DNA from: Bacteroidales bacterium
GTDB lineage: Bacteria; Bacteroidota; Bacteroidia; Bacteroidales; GCA-2711565
Assembly (NCBI GenBank): GCA_963674935.2
Contig: CAXXWZ010000007.1
Span: 1,117,500-1,181,499 of the forward strand
DNA length: 64,000 nucleotides
Direction: 5' to 3'
This document shows positions 52,918-62,232 of the stretch, in pieces (within the stretch, counting starts at the first letter, position 1; the number at the start of each line of letters is the position of its first letter). The translations under genes were made by a program, and so were the position numbers. The notes under the pieces were generated by a model. It was not told the DNA's origin, did no database searches, and saw only the letters and a list, made by a program, of their open reading frames with translations.

Positions 52918-52952
52918 TTGATCAAATCAAAAATGATTTAAAATTTAAAATA

Positions 52953-53495
52953 ATGACAGAAGAAATTATCATTGCAGGTTTTGGTGGACAAGGTGTTTTA
53001 TCGATGGGTAAAATTCTTGCCTATTCCGGAATTATGCAAGATCAGGAAGTTAGTTGGATGCCCTCTTATGGCCCTGAAATGCGTGGAGGAACTGCAAATG
53101 TTACTGTTATCATTAGTGACGAAAGAGTAAGTTCACCAATTTTAACTGAGTTTGACACAGCGGTTATCCTGAATCAACAATCAATGGATAAGTTTGAAAA
53201 GACAGTAAAGCCAGGTGGTTATCTTTTATACGATCCAAATGGAATTTCACGGCATCCCGAACGTAAAGACATTAATATTTTTAAAATTGAAGGAAATAAA
53301 CTTGCTTCAGAAATGGGCAATACCAAAATTTTCAATATGGTGGTATTAGGTGCCTATATGAAGATGCGGCCGATTGTAAAAATTGAAAATGTGATTAAGG
53401 GTTTAAAAAAATCGTTGCCCGAAAGATACCATTCAATGATTCCACTGAATGAATCTGCTATTAACAAAGGTATGGAGAATATTATAAATGCTTAG
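52953..53495 (+). CDS. 2-oxoacid:ferredoxin oxidoreductase gamma subunit
   Basis: 180 aa. It starts IIIAGFGGQGVLSMGKILA and contains SYGPEMRGGTANV. Confidence 0.85.
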   Translation: MTEEIIIAGFGGQGVLSMGKILAYSGIMQDQEVSWMPSYGPEMRGGTANVTVIISDERVSSPILTEFDTAVILNQQSMDKFEKTVKPGGYLLYDPNGISRHPERKDINIFKIEGNKLASEMGNTKIFNMVVLGAYMKMRPIVKIENVIKGLKKSLPERYHSMIPLNESAINKGMENIINA

Positions 53496-53568
53496 TAAAG
53501 CGATATAAGACTTGAAGGCCTTCTCTCATTTAAACATGATTGAAGGCTTTTTTTTATAAATTTAATTC

Positions 53569-54144
53569 ATGATGAAGCAAAATTATATTGAAGAATTACT
53601 GAAATCAAATCAACAATTTATTGATCGAACCGGGAAAGATTTTTTCGAAGGTCATAAGGAACAACAAACTCCATTTATGACATTGGTCACCTGCTCCGAT
53701 TCGAGAGTTCAAACGGAAGCTTTTCAGAATGATCCATTCAATGATATCTTTGTAATTCGGAATATAGGTAATCAGATTTATTCAAATGAAGGATCTGTAG
53801 ATTATGGAATCTTTCACCTAAAGACACCTATTTTATTCATCCTTGGTCATACTGATTGTGGTGCTATTAAAGCATTTATTGCAGGATATGAGTCAGAACC
53901 TGATTCCATTGCACAAGAATTAGATCATCTCATTCCGGCAATTGCAAATGTGAATAAATCATTAATTGAACAAATTGCTGGAAATATCCACTATCAGGCT
54001 AACCTTGCTGCCGAAAAATATGCTGATTTAGTAGATGAAAACAAATTAATAATTTTAGGTGGGCTTTACGATTTCAGAAATGAACTTAACCAAGGTTACG
54101 GGAGAATAAAAATTATTAATATAAACGGTAAAAAAGAAGAATAA
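53569..54144 (+). CDS. Beta-class carbonic anhydrase
   Basis: 191 aa. The zinc ligand motifs are CSDSR and GHTDCGA. Confidence 0.8.
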   Translation: MMKQNYIEELLKSNQQFIDRTGKDFFEGHKEQQTPFMTLVTCSDSRVQTEAFQNDPFNDIFVIRNIGNQIYSNEGSVDYGIFHLKTPILFILGHTDCGAIKAFIAGYESEPDSIAQELDHLIPAIANVNKSLIEQIAGNIHYQANLAAEKYADLVDENKLIILGGLYDFRNELNQGYGRIKIININGKKEE

Positions 54145-54148
54145 ATAA

Positions 54149-54919
54149 ATGAAGTTTGAACATAACGAACTTTATGAATTGCTAGAAACCAAATACAAGC
54201 AATACAACCAAGCTGAATTTATCGACACTGATCCGATTAAAATCCCTCACCAATTTTCGAAAAAACAAGATATTGAAATAGCAGGATTCCTCTCCGCCAC
54301 CCTTGCCTGGGGACAACGCAAGACCATTTTAAAAAATGCCTCTCAAATAATAGAGTGGATGGATCATTCCCCTCATGATTTCATTCTAAATTTTGAAGAA
54401 TCCGACTTATTAGCTTTTGAGAACTTTAAACACCGTACGTTTAACGGAATTGACTGTGTTTTCTTTTTAAAATCATTACAAGAAATTTATCTAAAATCAC
54501 CCAGCTTAGAAGACGTATTCTTTCCAGAATACTCTAACATAAGCGTGGCCGAAGATATTTCAAATTTTAAAAAGTTATTCTTTTCGCTGCCACATCAAAA
54601 TAGAACAGAAAAACATTTAGCTGATCCCCTTAAAGGTTCAGCAGCTAAACGGCTCAATATGTTTTTAAGATGGATGGTTCGCAAAGATGAACACGGGATT
54701 GATTTTGGGATTTGGAAAAAAGTAAAACCTTCAGTGCTTTATTGCCCGCTTGATGTACACTCCGGAAATGTAGCCAGAAAATTGGGAATCCTTAGTCGTA
54801 AACAAAGTGATTGGAAAGCGGTCGAAGAATTAACCTCACAACTTCAAAAATTTGACAATAACGATCCTGTTAAATACGATTATGCTTTATTCGGTTTGGG
54901 TGTTTTTGAAAGATTTTAG
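54149..54919 (+). CDS. TIGR02757/DUF2400 family protein
   Basis: 256 aa. It has DPIKIPHQF...EIAGFLSATLAWGQRKTIL and a later PLDVHSGNVARKLGIL, as I recall for this family. The start is 4 nt after the carbonic anhydrase stop. Confidence 0.55.
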   Translation: MKFEHNELYELLETKYKQYNQAEFIDTDPIKIPHQFSKKQDIEIAGFLSATLAWGQRKTILKNASQIIEWMDHSPHDFILNFEESDLLAFENFKHRTFNGIDCVFFLKSLQEIYLKSPSLEDVFFPEYSNISVAEDISNFKKLFFSLPHQNRTEKHLADPLKGSAAKRLNMFLRWMVRKDEHGIDFGIWKKVKPSVLYCPLDVHSGNVARKLGILSRKQSDWKAVEELTSQLQKFDNNDPVKYDYALFGLGVFERF

Positions 54920-55034
54920 AGAATCAATAGTAAACAAAAATAAAAATGATTAGTCAGATCGAGTTGATCGAGATCTGATTTCTATAATTCTAGCATCTCA
55001 TCAGATTAAATATCCTATCAGCTAAAATTCATCT

Positions 55035-56270
55035 TTAGAAATACTTCAGAAGTTCATTCAACATCAAATAGGCAAAAATAATCAATGAAAATATTAAGAT
55101 TAATTTTGTTATTAATGAGTTTTTGTACTCTTTTAACCACTTGAATTGATTGTTTAAATAAAGCAATGTCATTGCTAAAAATGGCATAAAAAAAGCTCCT
55201 GCAACCGCATATAAAATTACAATCCAAACGGGTTTTCCCATAAAAAGTAGGATGATTGGAGGCAGCGCAAGATAAAGCACATAATATTTATAAAATTTAC
55301 TTTGAGCCAGTTTCGATTGCTCAAGTTTTCCTTTTTTAAATTTCAGTTGTATAAAATCAGCAAACAGATAAGGAATGCCATGCCATACTCCAATCATCGA
55401 TGAAAATACGGCTCCCCAAAAGCCAACCAGAAAAATCCATTTTCCACCATTACCTGTAACTTCTCCCATTTTATTGGCAAGTTCTAACACCATTAAATTT
55501 CCCTGCATCACATCTGGTTTTGTTCCTGCCGCAACAATCATAATGGCAAGCCCAAATAAACCTGTTAGTATATATGCAAAACCTAAGTCAATTCTACTCT
55601 GCTTAAGAAATGTACTCCCTTTCCATTTCTTTTCACTAATCCAATACCCATAACTTAAAAGCGTAACACTACCTCCTACTCCACCAATAACACCAAAAAT
55701 AAATTTTAATGAACCGGGAGGAATGCTAGGAATAAAAATGGATTTTAAAATTTCTAACAGATCAGGCTTAATCAATACCGCACTTGTAATTGTAATAACA
55801 AACATCAAGGCAATAAAGAACTTCATCATTTTTTCAATCAAACGATATTTACCTGCAATAACCAAAAACGCTGCTAAAACAGAATGCAAAACTCCCCATT
55901 GTGCTACGCTTAAATCAGGGATTATGGCATGTGCCGCCAAACCACAAGCTGCCATCAATGCAGCCGCTACAATAAATGACCAGATAATCAAATAAACAAA
56001 AAAATACCAACTAAATAGAGCGTTTAATTTCTCTGTCCAGGCTTGCATCAAGCTTGAGCCATTTACCAATTGCCATCTCGAAACACCTTCATTTAAAACA
56101 TATTTTAAAATAGCTCCAATTATCGCAGCCCAGAGTAAAGCGTAACCATATTGAGCTCCTGAAACTGCTGCCGCAATTAAATCACCGGCACCAATACCTG
56201 TAGCTGCTACCACAATTCCCGGTCCTAAAATTTTAAAAATATCTTTGGGTTTAAAACTCATAATCAACAA
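55035..56270 (-). CDS. NRAMP-related membrane transporter lacking the canonical DPGN/MPH metal-site motifs
   Basis: 411 aa with about 11 TM helices. The N-terminus LGPGIVVAATGIGAGDLIAAAVSGAQYGYALLW aligns with the MntH LGPG....DPGN....GA.fGY.LLW region, but it reads GAGD where DPGN is expected. Confidence 0.6.
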   Translation of the reverse strand: MLIMSFKPKDIFKILGPGIVVAATGIGAGDLIAAAVSGAQYGYALLWAAIIGAILKYVLNEGVSRWQLVNGSSLMQAWTEKLNALFSWYFFVYLIIWSFIVAAALMAACGLAAHAIIPDLSVAQWGVLHSVLAAFLVIAGKYRLIEKMMKFFIALMFVITITSAVLIKPDLLEILKSIFIPSIPPGSLKFIFGVIGGVGGSVTLLSYGYWISEKKWKGSTFLKQSRIDLGFAYILTGLFGLAIMIVAAGTKPDVMQGNLMVLELANKMGEVTGNGGKWIFLVGFWGAVFSSMIGVWHGIPYLFADFIQLKFKKGKLEQSKLAQSKFYKYYVLYLALPPIILLFMGKPVWIVILYAVAGAFFMPFLAMTLLYLNNQFKWLKEYKNSLITKLILIFSLIIFAYLMLNELLKYF

Positions 56271-57643
56271 CTATCAGATTTCGTAGTGGATATCGAAATG
56301 GATTCACGTTTATAGGACCAAACCATGATAAAAATGCTCATTAAAACAAATACAATTGATAATCCAAATGTAGCTGTAAATCCAAACAATTCGTAAAAAA
56401 AGATGCCAAATAGCGGACCTATCATTGCGCGAAGACCAACCAGCGATAAATGTAATGATTGATAGGTTCCTGCTTCTTCGGGTTTACAAAAGTAGGATGA
56501 ACCAATATTCCAAAGTAAAACCATAGATGCCGCAAATACGCCATGAAACACTACATATCCCAATAATGAATAATACATTCTGATATTAAAAATATCGAAG
56601 TAAAATGGAAGGTATGAAGTTAATGCCAGAAAGAAAATATACAAACCTAAGGAAGTGTATGTAAGTACTCCAAATAGCCGAGGGTCAGTTCGTCCCATCA
56701 ATTTACCAAACCAAGGCAACAATAATATGGCAATGATATTATAAGCATTTCGATAAAATGCCACGCTAAAATAATTCAGGTTTAATTCTTCATAAAAATA
56801 GATAAACAATATGGGTGTGGTGAACATAAATGCAAATCCATAGAGCATAAAGCCAACCTCAAAATGACGATAAGGAACATTATCCTTTAAAATGCAATAC
56901 ATATTTTTTGCTGATTGAAAAACCGACTGAAAAACACTCTTTCGGATTGTAATTGGCTTCTCCACAGGAAAATTTATACTGGTTAACAAGTAAACTGAAC
57001 CTACACCCAAAACAGCCATCACCGGAAATACATAAACAAAAATATAATTATCTACATCAAGCCATAAACCATAAACCAAGGTAACAACCAGCATTACAAT
57101 TTTATTTAATGAAGTAGAAATGCTGTATAAATGTGCGAAATTGTGTGCCTGGTAATTTGCCTTTAATAAATAATTGATGTTCGGAAAAATGATTGGATTA
57201 CCCAGAAAATAGATGAGGAAAATAAACAGAAAAATATAGTGATATACGGAATCGGCCTGAAATGAGGCTGCCGATCGCGGAAAAAAGATGAGCAACAGCA
57301 ATGGTAATCGCGTAATGAGTCCAGTAAATTGAAGTAATTTTTTTCGATTCTTAATTCGTCTCAGAAACTCATTTACAAAAAGTAAAAAAACAAAAACAAC
57401 TGCACTAAACTGAAATAAAAAACCAAGCTGATAATTTGACCCGAATAAACTTTTTAAAAACACAAACTCATTCAAAGCCAGCACTCCTAAAATTACACCT
57501 TCAATCAAAGTATAAATTGTGTGAAGTTTAAATGTTCGCCTTTCGAGAGGATTTAAATTAAGTTTCCGAAGTTTTAACATAAGCTTAAAATGCAACTGCA
57601 AATGTAATTCAAATATTGGGTTTTTATAAGAACTGTTAATCAA
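56264..57643 (-). CDS. MFS-type transporter
   Basis: 459 aa with about 12 hydrophobic helices in a 6+6 layout and a central basic loop. It overlaps the downstream NRAMP-like gene by 7 nt. The start is uncertain. Confidence 0.6.
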   Translation of the reverse strand: MINSSYKNPIFELHLQLHFKLMLKLRKLNLNPLERRTFKLHTIYTLIEGVILGVLALNEFVFLKSLFGSNYQLGFLFQFSAVVFVFLLFVNEFLRRIKNRKKLLQFTGLITRLPLLLLIFFPRSAASFQADSVYHYIFLFIFLIYFLGNPIIFPNINYLLKANYQAHNFAHLYSISTSLNKIVMLVVTLVYGLWLDVDNYIFVYVFPVMAVLGVGSVYLLTSINFPVEKPITIRKSVFQSVFQSAKNMYCILKDNVPYRHFEVGFMLYGFAFMFTTPILFIYFYEELNLNYFSVAFYRNAYNIIAILLLPWFGKLMGRTDPRLFGVLTYTSLGLYIFFLALTSYLPFYFDIFNIRMYYSLLGYVVFHGVFAASMVLLWNIGSSYFCKPEEAGTYQSLHLSLVGLRAMIGPLFGIFFYELFGFTATFGLSIVFVLMSIFIMVWSYKRESISISTTKSDSC

Positions 57644-57717
57644 TTGTTAATTCTATTTAGAGCTATTCCAAATAATATGTTTTAGTATATCTTTGTACTT
57701 CATTCTAAAATAGAAAC

Positions 57718-58257
57718 ATGAAAAAAATATTTATATCAATCATCCTAATAAGCATTGTAGGTATGACCAGCGCACAAGAAAAAAGCTTTCACGATTTTAA
57801 AGCTGAGAGTATCACAGGTGAACTTATTGATTTTTCAATATTTAAGGGAAAGAAAATCCTGGTTGTTAACACTGCATCAAAATGTGGACTAACTCCTCAA
57901 TACGAAGAATTGCAAGAACTTTATGAAACTTATGGTGGCGAAGGTTTCGAAATTGTAGGTTTTCCGGCAAATAATTTTGGCAAACAAGAGCCTGGAACCA
58001 ATGCAGAAATAAAAACATTTTGTGAGCAAAACTATGGTGTTAGCTTCACCATGATGAACAAGATTTCGGTAAAAGGAGATGATATTCATCCCATTTATGC
58101 ATGGTTAACGCAAAAAAACCAAAATGGGGTTAAAGATTCGGAAGTTACCTGGAATTTTCAAAAATACTTTATTAACGAAGATGGCCATTTAGTAGATTTT
58201 GTTACTCCAAAAACAAAACCTTTCGATAAAAAAATTACAGCTTGGTTGGAAGAATAA
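57718..58257 (+). CDS. Glutathione peroxidase family protein (Cys type) with signal peptide
   Basis: 179 aa with VVNTASKCGLTPQY, FPANNFGKQEPG and WNFQKYFI. Confidence 0.9.
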   Translation: MKKIFISIILISIVGMTSAQEKSFHDFKAESITGELIDFSIFKGKKILVVNTASKCGLTPQYEELQELYETYGGEGFEIVGFPANNFGKQEPGTNAEIKTFCEQNYGVSFTMMNKISVKGDDIHPIYAWLTQKNQNGVKDSEVTWNFQKYFINEDGHLVDFVTPKTKPFDKKITAWLEE

Positions 58258-58343
58258 TGCCTTCCTGATTTTGAATTATAAATTACAAGAGAAAATAAAT
58301 TCATTTTATTAACTTTTAACTTATAATTCATAAATTTACATTC

Positions 58344-59060
58344 ATGAATCAAGAAGCATTATTTAAAATCACTTATGGTTTGTATGTTGTAAGTGCAACG
58401 GACGGACAGCAAATGACCGGACATATTTCCAATACCGCATTTCAAATAACCGCCGATCCGGTTAGGTTTGCAGTAGCTTCGAATAAAGATAATCTCACAA
58501 CCGATTTTATCATTAAGAACAAAGCCTTTAGTATTTCTGTATTAGCCCAGGATGTTGATTTAAATTTTTTGGGTCCATGGGGCTTTAAGTCGGGACGTGA
58601 AGTTAGCAAATTTGATGCGGTTCAACATAAAATTGGTGAACTAGGATCTCCAATATTATTAGAAAAAACAGTAGCCTATTTCGATTGTAAACTAGCTGAA
58701 ACCATTGATACCGGAACCCATTTACTTTTTATAGGAGATGTGATTGACATGGATGTGGTGGCTGAAAATGCAACTCCGCTCACATACGAATATTACCGCA
58801 GTGTTATCAAAGGGATTTCACCAAAGAACGCTCCTACTTATATCGCCGATCATGATGAAAGTATTGAAGCCAAAGCTGAAAAAAAAGATCCGAAAAAACG
58901 ATGCTACCAATGTACGGTTTGTGGTTTAATTTATGACCCCGAAGAAGGTGATCCTGATTCAGGAATTGCCCCCGGAACTTCATTTGAGGATATCCCAGAC
59001 AATTGGACCTGCCCAGTATGCGGAGTTACCAAAGATGACTTTAAGGCTATCGACAGCTAA
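58344..59060 (+). CDS. Flavin reductase-like domain fused to a C-terminal rubredoxin (Hrb-like high-molecular-weight rubredoxin)
   Basis: 238 aa with an N-terminal FMN-binding split-barrel pattern ([13 protein letters not shown]...). The C-terminal part [41 protein letters not shown] is the classic rubredoxin CxxCG...CPxCG. Confidence 0.85.
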   Translation: MNQEALFKITYGLYVVSATDGQQMTGHISNTAFQITADPVRFAVASNKDNLTTDFIIKNKAFSISVLAQDVDLNFLGPWGFKSGREVSKFDAVQHKIGELGSPILLEKTVAYFDCKLAETIDTGTHLLFIGDVIDMDVVAENATPLTYEYYRSVIKGISPKNAPTYIADHDESIEAKAEKKDPKKRCYQCTVCGLIYDPEEGDPDSGIAPGTSFEDIPDNWTCPVCGVTKDDFKAIDS

Positions 59061-59189
59061 AAATTTTCAATTTCCGATTTTCAATTTATTTTTTATTTAC
59101 TCATCTTTCTATTATATTTGATGTGAAATTTCGCTTGACTCATCCTATATGAAGTTTCAATTAATGCCAAATATCAAAATAATAAAATC

Positions 59190-59576
59190 ATGAAAAAAAC
59201 AACTTATTTACTCGCAATCAGCGTGTTCCTTCTTGTTTCTTGTGGTGGAAGTTCATCAGAATCAAATGACAAAAATTCTACAACTGATGAAAAAACAGAA
59301 ATTTCAACTAAAAGTGAAACACAAAATTGTGATGACTTTCTGGAAGATTACGAGAAGTGGACCGACAAAAGCATTAAGCTTTTAGAAGCGTACATGAAAA
59401 ATCCGATGGATATGGAACTTGCTGGAAAATACATGGCACTAGCTCAGGAAGGTATGGACTGGGCAACTAAATGGACAAATTTTTATGGCTGTGCCGCTGA
59501 AGAAAAATATCAAAAAAAGTTTGATGAAATTTCTGAAAGAACAGATAAAAAACTAAAAGAATTAGGGCTTGATTAA
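59190..59576 (+). CDS. Small lipoprotein, unknown function
   Basis: 128 aa with lipobox LLVSCGG. The mature part is helical and acidic. Confidence 0.5.
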   Translation: MKKTTYLLAISVFLLVSCGGSSSESNDKNSTTDEKTEISTKSETQNCDDFLEDYEKWTDKSIKLLEAYMKNPMDMELAGKYMALAQEGMDWATKWTNFYGCAAEEKYQKKFDEISERTDKKLKELGLD

Positions 59577-59672
59577 CTAAAATCACATCCTTTTAAATTT
59601 GGATGTTTTTATGATCTACCATTATTGCTACCATGTTAATTTGTATTTTTATACTTTAAAGCAATCTCGTAG

Positions 59673-60407
59673 ATGAAAAAATTACTATCTCATATTTTTA
59701 CACCTTTATACTTTATAGTTTTTGGGCTGATACTGCTCGTTTTTCATCCTATTCAGGTTATTTGTAAAAACATATGGGGTTATAATTGTCATAAAAAATC
59801 AGTAAGTATTTTAAATTTATTGATATTCAAAAGCCTGAAAATCATTGGGGCAAAAATTATAGTTCAAGGATCATACAATTTACCAACTGATCGACCACTC
59901 ATAATTGTATCAAACCATCAAAGCACTTATGATATTCCGGCCATATTATGGTTGTTCCGAAAAAATCATCCCAAATTTATTTCCAAAAAGAGTTTGGGGA
60001 AACACATTCCTAGCATTTCTTATAACCTGCGACATAGTGGTTCAGCCATCATCGATCGTAAAAACCCTACCCAAGCCATTAAAGAAATCATCAGACTTGG
60101 ACAATTCATCGAAAAAAATAATTATTCCGCTTGTATTTTCCCTGAAGGAACCCGCACCAGAACTGGAAAACTCAGGACCTTTCAATCCGGTGGAATTAAA
60201 ACCTTACTAAAAGTTTCGCCTTCGGCATTAATTGTTCCATTTGCCATCAAGGGGAATCATAATTTACTCAGGTTTGGAGCCTATCCATTAAGTTTTGGAG
60301 AAAAGCTGAAATTTACTGTCTTAGATCCGATTGAACCCCAAGGTCATTCCGCAGAAGAATTAGTCCTCAGAATTCAAAATCTCATTGATCAGGAAATTAT
60401 TAGTTAA
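59673..60407 (+). CDS. plsC: 1-acyl-sn-glycerol-3-phosphate (lysophospholipid) acyltransferase
   Basis: 244 aa with the HX4D motif NHQSTYD and the FPEGTRT motif. Confidence 0.85.
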   Translation: MKKLLSHIFTPLYFIVFGLILLVFHPIQVICKNIWGYNCHKKSVSILNLLIFKSLKIIGAKIIVQGSYNLPTDRPLIIVSNHQSTYDIPAILWLFRKNHPKFISKKSLGKHIPSISYNLRHSGSAIIDRKNPTQAIKEIIRLGQFIEKNNYSACIFPEGTRTRTGKLRTFQSGGIKTLLKVSPSALIVPFAIKGNHNLLRFGAYPLSFGEKLKFTVLDPIEPQGHSAEELVLRIQNLIDQEIIS

Positions 60408-60523
60408 TATCGGCAGAACACTCAGTGTGCTGCGAAGAAAAGGAAATTGAGTATTATCAACTGATGATTGATAACAAAAAAACTTTCCCCTATATTTACA
60501 TTTCAAATCAATATTTATACCTC

Positions 60524-61924
60524 ATGAAAAAAATCATATTAAGCCTTTTAGTTACACTGGTATTTATTTCTTGCCAAAATAATTCTTCAAAAAAAACAAT
60601 TGATCAGACTGAAAATAATCAACTCGCACAAGAGGTGATTAATGAAACCCTCCGATCATGGAAAGCTTACAAAGAATATGCTTGGGGCCATGATGCCCTT
60701 GCGCCACTTTCAAAATCATTTACCGATTGGTATGACGAGCCACTTTATATTTCACCTATTGATGCTTATAGCACACTCCATTTAATGGGATTAATGGAAG
60801 AAACCAAGGAAATTGAAAAGTATGTGGTTGATTCATTAAACTTCGATAAAAACATTGATGCAAAAATATTTGAGGTTAATATTCGCATTTTAGGAGGATT
60901 ACTCGCCATGTATGAATTATCGAATAATCCATTGATTTTGGATAAAGCCCGAGATTTTGCCGACCGCATGATGCCTGCTTTTGATACAAAAACAGGGATT
61001 CCGAAATACTGGGTTAACCTTAAAACAGGAATAGCCCGAGGAGATACGGTAAATGTTGCCGAAGCAGGAACGTATACGTTTGAGATGGGGATTTTAAGTT
61101 ATTATACCAAAGACCCCAAATACTATCAGGCAGGAAAAAGGGCAACATTAGCAATATATGAGCGACGCTCCCCCATTGGCTTAATTGGCGATGTAATTGA
61201 TGTGCAAACGGGTGAATGGGTTTCAGAAACCAGTCATATTTGTGCAGGAGTAGACTCTTATTACGAATATTTATACAAAAGTTTTTTGATGTTTGGAGAT
61301 CCTGAAATGGGTGAGATTTGGGATGAAAGTATTGCTGGCATTCATCAATATTTAGCTGAACAATACGATGAAAAATTATGGTACGGAAGGGTAAACATGA
61401 ATACCGGCGAACGCACCAGTTCGGTGGTTACACTGTATGATGCTTTCTTCCCTGCAATACTTGCCTTATCGGGCGATATGGAGCGAGCTGAAAGTCATCA
61501 ACAAACCTGGAGCTGGCTCTGGAATAAATACGGTTTAGAGCCATCAGGTTATGATTACAAACTAGAAAAACCTACTTATCCGGCTTATAATTTAAATCCT
61601 GAGATTATCGAATCGGCCTATTATTTATATCATTTAAACGGCGACAATAGTTATCTGGCTATGAATAAACAATTTTGGGCTGACCTGAAAGCATATTGCC
61701 AAACCGAAGTAGCATTCACCTCAGTAGCCAATGTAGAAACCATGGAGAAAAAAGATTATATGCCAACCTTTTTCTTTGCTGAAACCATGAAGTATTTATT
61801 TCTCACGTTCTCGCATCATCAAAATAATTTTGATTTCGACGATCATCTTTTTAACACCGAGGCACATCCCTTTCGTAGAAGTGGGATTGATAAAACGGAA
61901 GCTCAAATCAGATTGGGATTTTAA
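60524..61924 (+). CDS. Glycoside hydrolase family 47 (class I alpha-1,2-mannosidase-like), secreted
   Basis: GH47 landmarks are present: FEVNIRILGGLLAMYELS, GVDSYYEYLYKSF, NPEIIESAYYLYHLNGD and AETMKYLFLTFS. I place the start at the ATG at 60524 (MKKIILSLLVTLVFISCQ) rather than the GTG at 60425 listed in the ORF track. Confidence 0.8.
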   Translation: MKKIILSLLVTLVFISCQNNSSKKTIDQTENNQLAQEVINETLRSWKAYKEYAWGHDALAPLSKSFTDWYDEPLYISPIDAYSTLHLMGLMEETKEIEKYVVDSLNFDKNIDAKIFEVNIRILGGLLAMYELSNNPLILDKARDFADRMMPAFDTKTGIPKYWVNLKTGIARGDTVNVAEAGTYTFEMGILSYYTKDPKYYQAGKRATLAIYERRSPIGLIGDVIDVQTGEWVSETSHICAGVDSYYEYLYKSFLMFGDPEMGEIWDESIAGIHQYLAEQYDEKLWYGRVNMNTGERTSSVVTLYDAFFPAILALSGDMERAESHQQTWSWLWNKYGLEPSGYDYKLEKPTYPAYNLNPEIIESAYYLYHLNGDNSYLAMNKQFWADLKAYCQTEVAFTSVANVETMEKKDYMPTFFFAETMKYLFLTFSHHQNNFDFDDHLFNTEAHPFRRSGIDKTEAQIRLGF

Positions 61925-61938
61925 GGTCAGTAATAATC

Positions 61939-62121
61939 GGACATTGAGTGATCTCGCCAAAATCGAGATGCCTGTGCTGAGTTTATCGAAGTATATTGAA
62001 TTGTCACCCTTCGATGCTTCGACAGGCTCAGCACAAGTACCCTTCGCAAATCACTCAGGGTGCATAAACCCAGAGGACATTGAGTAATCAAGACGAAGTC
62101 GAAGATTTTATCGAAATGTCA
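61939..62121. repeat. Composite palindromic intergenic repeat element (REP/MITE-like)
   Basis: The flanking direct repeats are ggacattgagtgatc (61939-61953) and ggacattgagtaatc (62075-62089). The internal inverted repeats are cctgtgctgagtttatcgaag (61971-61991) and cttcgacaggctcagcacaag (62017-62037). The tcgacaggctcag / cccttcg strings resemble a repeat family widespread in Bacteroidota. Confidence 0.5.
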
Positions 62122-62232
62122 TCTGTACCCTTTATTTTAATTTTGTAAAATCAAACAAAAAAAACGATACTTTTATTGTTAGTATTATTAAACCATAGAA
62201 TCAAACCAAACTATTTCCAAAATCAAAATTTT

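Noticed and set aside
53496-53568. Possible terminator after the oxidoreductase gamma subunit (gccttc...gaaggc followed by T8)
   Set aside because: The stem is only 6 bp with an ~18-nt loop. The T-run is suggestive, but the structure is too weak to list as a feature.
58744-59121. 61- and 62-aa ORFs overlapping the 3' end of the flavin reductase-rubredoxin gene
   Set aside because: These are alternative frames of a gene whose frame is fixed by the rubredoxin CxxCG...CPxCG motif. They have no motifs of their own.
59905-60210. 101-aa ORF in another frame of the plsC-like gene
   Set aside because: The acyltransferase frame carries the HX4D and FPEGTR motifs, and the overlapping ORF has none.
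61830-62087. 85-aa ORF downstream of the GH47 gene
   Set aside because: It reads through the palindromic repeat element and overlaps the GH47 3' end in a different frame. It is the product of repeat sequence rather than a gene.
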